Notes under the pieces: generated by a model
What the model saw: only the letters and a program-made list of their open reading frames with translations
What the model was told of the DNA's origin: nothing
Database searches by the model: none
Shown: piece by piece, positions 1 to 6,905 of the stretch
How positions within the stretch are numbered: position 1 is the first letter of the stretch
Layout of the letters: each line of letters starts with the position of its first letter
Source: a candidate division WS1 bacterium
Lineage (GTDB): Bacteria > Armatimonadota > Zipacnadia > Zipacnadales > UBA5352
Assembly: GCA_003566775.1 (NCBI GenBank)
Contig: PXBW01000087.1
Location: 1,649-65,648 of the forward strand
Length of the DNA stretch: 64,000 nt
Direction of reading: 5' to 3'
Program-made: the position numbers and the translations under genes

Positions 1-678
1 AATGCGCACATGCTCTTCGATGACCCCCAGAGCCTGGCCGAGCGTAGAGTGATCGTCTCCGATGATAAGCTGTGCCAGACCCCCTACAGCGCTGATCGAC
101 TCCTTGACTGAGTTGTCATAGTCGGGTTGCTCACGATCCGAGAGGTGTACGAGAGCGGAGTTGAGATGGTCCCAGACGCCACCTAAAGAAGATGCCTGCA
201 TCGCAGCCTGTTCGATGGCCTCAATCTGCTCTGGCTGAAGAATGTCCGTCACTTCATCGCCCACAATTCGATAGCCAGCCTGCTCCTCACTCAGGGCGCG
301 ATTGAGGGCCTCAGCGAACCAGCATCTATCGACGTTGAACCACTCGTCTGCTATGCTAGCCAACACGAACTCACAGAAGTCGTACACCCTGTGCCAGGGC
401 AATTCCATGTAGGCCGCTCTCAGGGCCGCAAGCGTCGAATCCCAACCACCAGTCAGCTTACGGATCGGTGATTCATCAATCGGCATGGCGAAGAACTCTG
501 CCCAGAGAGCGTCAGCGACTGCATGAGAGCAGTCCGGGCTCTGGTAGTAGTCTTCTGATATCAGAAGCCACACTTCCTGGTAGAAGGCGCTCCATATTCG
601 GTTTCGCAGCCTGTCATCCATTTCCTCGATTTGCAGACTGTCCCGGACGCCAATGCGCTTTCGCTCTGAGAAGAGCAT
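1..678 (-). CDS. AbiJ N-terminal-domain-4 / HEPN-like abortive-infection-type protein, 3'-truncated by window edge
   Basis: Not in ORF track because it runs off the left edge. My manual reverse-strand translation from ATG at 678 gave MLFSERKRIGVRDSLQIEEMDDRLRNRIWSAFYQEVW...NSVKESISAVGGLAQLIIGDDHSTLGQALGVIEEHVRI and stayed open to base 1. A GGAGGTGG RBS lies at about 683-690. The N-terminal FSxRxG...MDxxLRNxIW pattern and the SVKESISAVxxLAQ segment resemble AbiJ-NTD4/HEPN proteins as I remember them. The catalytic Rx4-6H would lie outside the window. Confidence 0.5.
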   Translation of the reverse strand, partial: MLFSERKRIGVRDSLQIEEMDDRLRNRIWSAFYQEVWLLISEDYYQSPDCSHAVADALWAEFFAMPIDESPIRKLTGGWDSTLAALRAAYMELPWHRVYDFCEFVLASIADEWFNVDRCWFAEALNRALSEEQAGYRIVGDEVTDILQPEQIEAIEQAAMQASSLGGVWDHLNSALVHLSDREQPDYDNSVKESISAVGGLAQLIIGDDHSTLGQALGVIEEHVRI

Positions 679-848
679 GGTCCACCTCCCCATTGCGCCG
701 CAGCAGACGATTGGTCAACTACAATGTGTATCTTCTCGTCAACGGAACGAACCACGAGCACGCCACCGGCCGCGCGGAGCCTTCGACGGGTGTGCGTCCG
801 CCCGCCGAACACCCGTGGCATCGACCTTTCTTCCGCGCGCCGTTGCCG

Positions 849-882
849 TCAGCTTGCGACTTGCGACTTGCAGCTTGCGACT
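849..882. repeat. Short tandem heptamer repeat (minus-strand units GTCGCAA/GCTGCAA, about 4-5 copies)
   Basis: The plus strand reads cagcttgcgacttgcgacttgcagcttgcgact. It lies immediately 3' of the stop (888-890) of the BNR gene and upstream of the left-edge gene. Confidence 0.6.
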
Positions 883-887
883 GCCCC

Positions 888-1922
888 TCAAAACTCATCC
901 TCCGTGAAGTACATTCCCCGGATCTGCGCCATCGGCGCATCGTCCTTGATGTAGTTCACCACGAAGAAGCGCCCATCCTCAAGCTCCACCCAGCCGCAGT
1001 ATGATGAGTCGGACTGCTCGTTCGAATCGTGGTCCAGCGGCAGAATCACGCCCGTCTGCTCCTCATGCAGCAGACTGAGCGCCGATTCGACGCTCTCGCG
1101 GTAGGCGAACAGGTTCTTCGCGAAGGGGCCGCGACCCGGCTGATGGCGGTGTAGCACCATCACGTTGCCCGAGCGCGTGAGCCCCGATACCGGGCGATGG
1201 CAGCCGTTCATCGGCGTGTCGAACGGCCCCAGCCAGTCCTCGCCCTCGTTGAAGGAGATGCACTTCGGTCCGGGGCGACCGGTGCGCGAGTTGTCGCGCA
1301 TGTAACAGACAAGCTCGCCGCCGGGCATCTGCACGATCGAGGCCTCGCAGGCGTCATAGTGATGGGTGCAGCAGACGTTCACCGGCCCCACCCAGCTTTC
1401 GCCGCCATCGTCTGAGTAATGCACCATCTGCCGGTAGATCGTCGGCGAGAAGTCGAGGCGGTGATGGGTCGCGGTCAGCAGGCGCCCTGACGCAAGCTCC
1501 ACCACCTGGTCGGGCACGATGCCGGGGATGCCGGTGTCCACCGGGTCTGAGAAGCTCGTGCCGTCATCGGTGCTGGTACATATCCAGGTGGTAGAAGGAG
1601 CGCTTGAGTCGGTGTCACCGGGGCGGCGGTCGAAGCCGTCGCAGATCAGCAGAATGCGACCGTCGGAAAGCTGGCTGATGCGCGGGCAGTTCCACTTGAA
1701 GAGTACGCCGTCATCGATCTCAGAGCGGATCAGGTAAGCCTTCTCGGACCAGGTGAGTCCCTCGTCATCGCTCACGCGCCAGACGAGGTGCGTGTACTCT
1801 TCGGCGGAGTGAGAGTCGCTCTCACGGTAGGTGATGATGAGGCGACCGCTGTCGGTGAGGCAGACATCGGGGAAGCACTCGTAAGTCGAGTCGTCGCGAC
1901 TGATGGTGAACTTCTCGATCAT
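888..1922 (-). CDS. BNR/Asp-box repeat protein, sialidase (exo-alpha-sialidase)-like beta-propeller, no signal peptide
   Basis: 344-aa ORF with repeated Asp-box motifs (SxDxGxTW type): SDDEGLTWS, STDDGTSFS, SDDGGESWV. A GGGAGGGTG RBS lies upstream of the ATG. Confidence 0.75.
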   Translation of the reverse strand: MIEKFTISRDDSTYECFPDVCLTDSGRLIITYRESDSHSAEEYTHLVWRVSDDEGLTWSEKAYLIRSEIDDGVLFKWNCPRISQLSDGRILLICDGFDRRPGDTDSSAPSTTWICTSTDDGTSFSDPVDTGIPGIVPDQVVELASGRLLTATHHRLDFSPTIYRQMVHYSDDGGESWVGPVNVCCTHHYDACEASIVQMPGGELVCYMRDNSRTGRPGPKCISFNEGEDWLGPFDTPMNGCHRPVSGLTRSGNVMVLHRHQPGRGPFAKNLFAYRESVESALSLLHEEQTGVILPLDHDSNEQSDSSYCGWVELEDGRFFVVNYIKDDAPMAQIRGMYFTEDEF

Positions 1923-2221
1923 GATATGTCACACCCTCCCGGGACCGATCGTGTGATACGAGAAGACAGTTCGCCGCCGATGCGCCGGGGCCTTCGTAAG
2001 CGGCAGAGGCATTCTGGTGTTACGGCGCGGTGGGAGAAGGTCAGTAAGAGTCCACAGGCGAAGCAGATTCTGTCACCAGGAGGCATTCTCCTGCGCGGAG
2101 CGTCGAATTCTGCCGACCGGACAGGGCTGGGCACATCGGGGCTTCCCCGAGAACTACCCGGAGAGGCGCGAGGTACGACGGAAGCGTAAGTTCGCCGACA
2201 GGCTCAACGGGAGGGTTTGTG

Positions 2222-3523
2222 ATGAATCGATCCTGGACGCGCGATGCCGATATTCCTGTGCTCGCCGAGTGCGACGTCGTGGTGTGCGGAGGGGGACCGG
2301 CGGGTTGCGCCGCAGCCATCGCCTCAGCGCGGCATGGCGCAGAGACACTGCTGCTGGAGAAGTACGGGTACCTCGGCGGCGCCGCCGTCGCGCAGCTTGT
2401 CTCGGTAGTGCTGAGCACCAACGGCGTTGACTTTCAGGGCCTGTGGCATGAGTGGGCGCGGCGCCTGCACGCGTATCGCGCGATGCCCCCGCTGATCCGC
2501 ACTCCCTCGCGGTACAACCCCGACTGTCACTGGTTCCGCACCTCCGTGGATCCCGAGGGCGTCAAGCGCGTCTGGGATGAGATGCTCGAGCAAGTGGGAG
2601 CCGATGTACTGTTACTGGCGCATCTGTGCGGCGCTTCCGTCGAGGATGGCGCGATCACGGGCGTGGTCGCGCACACTCGCGCGGGCATGCAACAGATTCG
2701 CGCCGCCCGGGTGATCGACGCCACCGGCGACGCGGCCGTCGCCCACGAGGCCGGGGTGGCATGGGACCGCGGTGTCGTGGGCAAGCCGTGGCCGCAACAG
2801 GTCTCTCTGAAGCGGCGCATCGGTGGGCAACCGATCCCCGGCACCGATGGCGCGAAGCCGCTCGCGGGCGGCGGCACCGTCGCGTGGCGGCCCGAGGCCA
2901 TCGGACGCGTCAATCGCAAGCGCGTCGATCCGCTCGATCCGATGGCGCTCTCCGCCGCCGTGCGGGACATGCAGCACGAGGTCTGGCGACGGTCGGACGA
3001 TCTTCCCGAGGGAGAGTACCTCGTGGACACCGCCGCGGAACCGGGAGTGCGCACCTCGCGCATCGTTCAGGGCATCGAGCGCGTGGAGGACGATGACGCG
3101 TGGAATCTGCGCAAGCGGCCCGACGGCATCGCCCGCTCGTCGTGGGAGATCGACGTGCATCCGCCCGATGACGAAAAACCCCTGCCCGAGCGGTGGCTTC
3201 ACAGCGGCAGCGAGGCCTACGCGGAGTTCGCCCGGCGTCTCTTCGCGGGAGAATGGTTCGACATACCCTGCGGCTGCCTCGTCGCGGACGGGGTGGACAA
3301 CCTGCTCGTTGCCGGGCGCTGCATCTCAGCAGGGTACCTCGCGCAGGGCTCGCTGCGCATTCAGCAGACCTGCATGGCAACCGGCGAGGCCGCGGGCGTG
3401 GCGGCGGCGTTGAGCCTGCGAGAGGGTGTTTCTCCACGCGACCTCGACCCGCAGATCGTAGTCGCGCAACTCGCCGAAGATCGTGACGTGGAGCCGGCCT
3501 TTCCGTCCCTGCGCGAGGTCTGA
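2222..3523 (+). CDS. FAD-dependent oxidoreductase (GIDA/FAD_oxidored-like), paralog 1
   Basis: N-terminal dinucleotide-binding fold DVVVCGGGPAGCAAAIASARHGAETLLLEKYGYLGGA. The C-terminal segment LVAGRCISAGYLAQGSLRIQQTCMATGEAAG is shared with the paralogs at 3544-4878 and 34809-36098. ATG 2222 sits 6 nt after GGGAGGG; the ORF track starts at GTG 2219. Confidence 0.8.
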   Translation: MNRSWTRDADIPVLAECDVVVCGGGPAGCAAAIASARHGAETLLLEKYGYLGGAAVAQLVSVVLSTNGVDFQGLWHEWARRLHAYRAMPPLIRTPSRYNPDCHWFRTSVDPEGVKRVWDEMLEQVGADVLLLAHLCGASVEDGAITGVVAHTRAGMQQIRAARVIDATGDAAVAHEAGVAWDRGVVGKPWPQQVSLKRRIGGQPIPGTDGAKPLAGGGTVAWRPEAIGRVNRKRVDPLDPMALSAAVRDMQHEVWRRSDDLPEGEYLVDTAAEPGVRTSRIVQGIERVEDDDAWNLRKRPDGIARSSWEIDVHPPDDEKPLPERWLHSGSEAYAEFARRLFAGEWFDIPCGCLVADGVDNLLVAGRCISAGYLAQGSLRIQQTCMATGEAAGVAAALSLREGVSPRDLDPQIVVAQLAEDRDVEPAFPSLREV

Positions 3524-3543
3524 AGCAAGCGCCGCCGTGCCCG

Positions 3544-4878
3544 TCACACGTCGAGATTCGCCCCGCGCTCCTCGACGCGGCGGCGCAGTTCGGTTGCATC
3601 GAGATCGCGAGGTCCGCGATCGCGATCCGCGCACCACGCCGCCGCGATCCCCGCAGCCTGTCCCATCATCGCACAGGTAGTCATCACCCGCGCCGAAGAC
3701 AGCGCCATCTGATCGGCGGAGAAGCAGCGCCCGGCCATCAGCAGATTATCCGCATCCCGCGCGATCAGCGAGCGGAACGGGATCTGGTAGGGCGGCACCA
3801 CTTGCTCCTCCTTCGTCAGCATGTAAGTGCGCTTCTCGTCATCGGGCGTGAGGCCATCGAGGTAGAACGCACCCCGCGCGATCCCGTCGTCGAACTCCCG
3901 CCCTGCGCGCAGGTCCTCCAGTGTCAGCACGTAGTCTCCGGCAATTCTCCGGGTCTCGCGCAGGCCGATCATCGGCGAGCAGTGATCGAACTGCCAGCGC
4001 GTCACATTCGCGTTGCGCGGATGATCCCTGCGCGGCGTATCCTCGCCGCGGAAGTCGCGCTGATAGAAGTCAAGCACCTCGAACATCCGCCGCCGCGCGC
4101 GAATCTCAAGCGCCGTCATGCCGATCGTGTCCCCGCTGTCGTGGCCGATGACTTTCAGCTTGAGCGCCTTCCCGCGCGGGCCAGCGGGCCAGGTGCTGGT
4201 CATCGGCATGTCAGCCTCGCGCTCGACCGGCTCGAACCAGCCGGGAGGAAGCTGAGGCTTGACCTCCTCGTCAAGCTCGCGCACGAAGTACATCATCGAG
4301 GGCGGGATCGGCCCGCGCTCGCCCCGGGGCAGCAGCTCGCAGCCTGCCGCCCGCGCCACCTGCCCACCGCCCGAGGCGTCGATGAACACCTTCGCGCTGA
4401 GCGCCTCGACTCCCGACGCGCCCGCGACCACCGCGGGGCCGAGGATGCCGCCCTCACACTGCACGTCCACGAACTTGGTGTGCAGCAGAAGTTGCACTCC
4501 GTGGCGCAGCAGAAGCTCCTGCAGGATCACAGCGAGTATCTCGTGGTCGAAGACGCGGTTGGTGTTCGCGAAGCCATCGACCGGGCCGGGATAGGGGGCG
4601 ATGCTGTCCCACTCTTCCTGCATCGCGATGATCTCGTCGAAGATCGCGCCCTGCCCGGCGGTCTCGCCCGACCAGTTGGCGACCCCGCCGACGGTCGCGT
4701 TGCCGCCCGTCACCGCGAAGCGCTCCACAAGAATCACCGAGGCGCCCTCGACGGCCGCCGCGCATGCCGCACAGACGCCCGCGATCCCGCCGCCGATCAC
4801 CGCCACGTCCGCCTCATGGCGCAGCGGCACCCGCCGCCTCCAGTCCACAAGGTCGTTCTTTTCGGCGTCATGAATCAT
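3544..4878 (-). CDS. FAD-dependent oxidoreductase, paralog 2
   Basis: DVAVIGGGIAGVCAACAAAVEGASVILVERFAVTGGNAT (GxGxxG fold). The C-terminal LMAGRCFSADQMALSSARVMTTCAMMGQAAG matches the other two paralogs. Confidence 0.8.
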   Translation of the reverse strand: MIHDAEKNDLVDWRRRVPLRHEADVAVIGGGIAGVCAACAAAVEGASVILVERFAVTGGNATVGGVANWSGETAGQGAIFDEIIAMQEEWDSIAPYPGPVDGFANTNRVFDHEILAVILQELLLRHGVQLLLHTKFVDVQCEGGILGPAVVAGASGVEALSAKVFIDASGGGQVARAAGCELLPRGERGPIPPSMMYFVRELDEEVKPQLPPGWFEPVEREADMPMTSTWPAGPRGKALKLKVIGHDSGDTIGMTALEIRARRRMFEVLDFYQRDFRGEDTPRRDHPRNANVTRWQFDHCSPMIGLRETRRIAGDYVLTLEDLRAGREFDDGIARGAFYLDGLTPDDEKRTYMLTKEEQVVPPYQIPFRSLIARDADNLLMAGRCFSADQMALSSARVMTTCAMMGQAAGIAAAWCADRDRGPRDLDATELRRRVEERGANLDV

Positions 4879-4922
4879 CTCTCTGTCACCTCATCAGGAC
4901 ATGAACGGGCCGTGGGCGATAG

Positions 4923-6809
4923 TTACGCTGCTTCTCTTCGTAGTGAGTTACCCCTCGGGCAGGATCGCGAAGTCGTCGAACCAGAACTCCTGCCCCTGAT
5001 CCTCGCCCCAGTTGGTGCGCAGCAGGAACTGCCGCAGATGCTGCTGCTCGGGCGCCCCCCACCCCGCGCCTCGATCTCCCACTCTTGCTGCCCGTCTTCA
5101 GTCGAAGTGCTCGACTCCCCAATGAGCTCGATCATCCGTGCCTGAAACTCCGCCTCAGAAGCATTGATCTTGAAATACTCGACCTCGCCGACGCGGAGCA
5201 CCTCCCACTGTGCCTCTGCGTACGTGTTCATCTGCACTGCCATCCACCCGACCGCCAGAACGCTCGCCAGCAGCAGAGCGGGAACGGTGACACCGATCAG
5301 CGAGGCGGCAACCCGCAGTCTCTTCTCTGTGAAGGTCAGGTCCGAGAGGTCGTCGCGCCGACCATACCAGGCAGCAATCATGCCAGCCCCCACAAACCAC
5401 AGCGGCACTCCCGCTGCCATCAACGGGTGCACGTAGAGCGTTGGAGCACGAAGCGTGTAGCTCGGCACGTCCGGAGAGAGAATCCATGCTGCGATCCATC
5501 CCGGGGTCAACAGCACCGCAAAGAGCCCCAGCACGATCAGAGGGTGGACCTGGACCCAATCCTTCCGTCGCGGCCAGCGGCGCCTGCGGACCGCCATGTA
5601 CACCGCATCGATCGCCACGACGAGGACAATGAATATGCCGAAGACTCCTGCCGTCACCCATGTCGCCATCGCCGCCGGCCATCCGGCCCAAGTTATGGGC
5701 CGCAGCATTACATCGACGCTTCGGAGAGAGATCTGTCGCAGACGGGACCGGGAACGTTCATTGAGAGAGTGATGCTCAATGATAAACCGCGCCAGGTCGT
5801 CGCGGCCGTGCTCCCGCGCGTAGGCGGCAGCCGCCTCCGCCCGCAGACGGCTGTTCTCATCCGGCGATAGATCCCTGTCCGACGCCACTGGCGCCAGGGC
5901 ACCATGGCCAATCGCACTGACAGCGCTCGCAACAAGCGTATCGATCCACCCCCAGGCCCCCTCGCGCATCTGGGCGCCGAAGACGATTGCGGCGGAGGCA
6001 TATTCCAGCGCGGTCTCTGGATCATCCGCCTCACGTGCCGCCCTGCTTCCATAAGACAGGGCACGCGCAAGTTGCCGTCGTCGTCGTCCGCCTCCCATGG
6101 CTGCCTGATCAACCATCGACGCTGCGATGGCGGCGGCAAACCATGCAGGGTCGTTAGTTGCTTCGAACAGCCTGATTGATCCGCCGGCGAGCCGGTCCGG
6201 GTAGAGAGTGTACTGAGGCTTCGCCGCGGCACGAGCGAGCGCGGCAAGTGCCTCTTCACGCCGATCCTCGACCAACCATGCCCATGCAAGCATGTAGTCG
6301 ATGGCGGCGTTCTCAGGTGCGTTGAGAGCTGCCGCGCTAAGAATGGCGCGGATCTCCCGCGCCGCGGCCACGTCCTCATCGGTCGGAAGCCTTGGCTCGA
6401 AAACTGGAGGCGGACCCAATTCGACTTCCATCGGAAGGTCGACGTACAGGTGGCGTAAGAGGTACTCCGCGTATAGAACTGCAGGGGCGGGATCATCGGG
6501 GAAACGATCTATGATCTCGCGGAAATGCTCCCGCGTCTCCTCCTCGCTCGGAAGATTGCCGGGGATGTCGGGATGCCCGAATGACCGATGGACACGCTCC
6601 AGGCCGTAGAGCAGCGCGAGTTGCATGTAGGCGTCGTCGGGAGCCTCGGAGGCTATCTGCCTGAGCAACGTCGGTGAATCGCTGTCCGGGTGGATGATCT
6701 CTGCCCTCAGCAGCAGCGTCTGACAGCCCTCGCGGATGATTGGGACTGCCACCGCAAGCACGATCGCAACTGCCAATATGAGCCAGCCCAGCGGCACCCT
6801 CTTGATCAT
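4923..6809 (-). CDS. Polytopic membrane protein with N-terminal anchor and helical-repeat region; C-terminus probably frameshifted (corrected end would be 4948)
   Basis: 628-aa ORF with an N-terminal hydrophobic anchor (LGWLILAVAIVLAVAV) and several hydrophobic helices in the C-terminal third. The last ~45 aa (SSICGSSCCAPTGARIRGRSSG...) are the same off-frame reading seen antisense/off-frame of the neighbouring gene's 3' end. A 1-nt frame change near the C6 run at 5055-5060 gives ...APEQQHLRQFLLRTNWGEDQGQEFWFDDFAILPEG*, ending at TAA 4948-4950. Confidence 0.6.
   Translation of the reverse strand: MIKRVPLGWLILAVAIVLAVAVPIIREGCQTLLLRAEIIHPDSDSPTLLRQIASEAPDDAYMQLALLYGLERVHRSFGHPDIPGNLPSEEETREHFREIIDRFPDDPAPAVLYAEYLLRHLYVDLPMEVELGPPPVFEPRLPTDEDVAAAREIRAILSAAALNAPENAAIDYMLAWAWLVEDRREEALAALARAAAKPQYTLYPDRLAGGSIRLFEATNDPAWFAAAIAASMVDQAAMGGGRRRRQLARALSYGSRAAREADDPETALEYASAAIVFGAQMREGAWGWIDTLVASAVSAIGHGALAPVASDRDLSPDENSRLRAEAAAAYAREHGRDDLARFIIEHHSLNERSRSRLRQISLRSVDVMLRPITWAGWPAAMATWVTAGVFGIFIVLVVAIDAVYMAVRRRRWPRRKDWVQVHPLIVLGLFAVLLTPGWIAAWILSPDVPSYTLRAPTLYVHPLMAAGVPLWFVGAGMIAAWYGRRDDLSDLTFTEKRLRVAASLIGVTVPALLLASVLAVGWMAVQMNTYAEAQWEVLRVGEVEYFKINASEAEFQARMIELIGESSTSTEDGQQEWEIEARGGGRPSSSICGSSCCAPTGARIRGRSSGSTTSRSCPRGNSLRREAA
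4954..5053. repeat. ~100-nt near-identical copy of the 3' end of the beta-helix gene (partner 6912-7011)
   Basis: By-eye alignment shows ctcgggcaggatcgcgaagtcgtcgaaccagaactcctgcccctgatcctcgccccagttggtgcgcagcaggaactgccgcagatgctgctgctcggg against ctccggcaggatcgcgaagtcgtcgaaccagaactcctgctcctgatcctcgcgccagttggtgcgcagcaggaactgccgcaggtactgctgctcggg. Only a handful of mismatches are present. Confidence 0.85.
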
Positions 6810-6905
6810 GGCTGCACCTTCTCAGATTCAGACCAGGCCGTCAATGACCGATGCGCACAGTTCGATGACCCGACCTTTGCGGCCCCTGTTCGCCATGCGG
6901 TCGCC

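Noticed and set aside
3802-5145. 447-aa plus-strand ORF
   Set aside because: It is antisense to the FAD-oxidoreductase at 3544-4878. Its Arg/Ala/Pro/Leu-rich low-complexity composition is typical of off-frame reading in high-GC DNA, and it has no motif.
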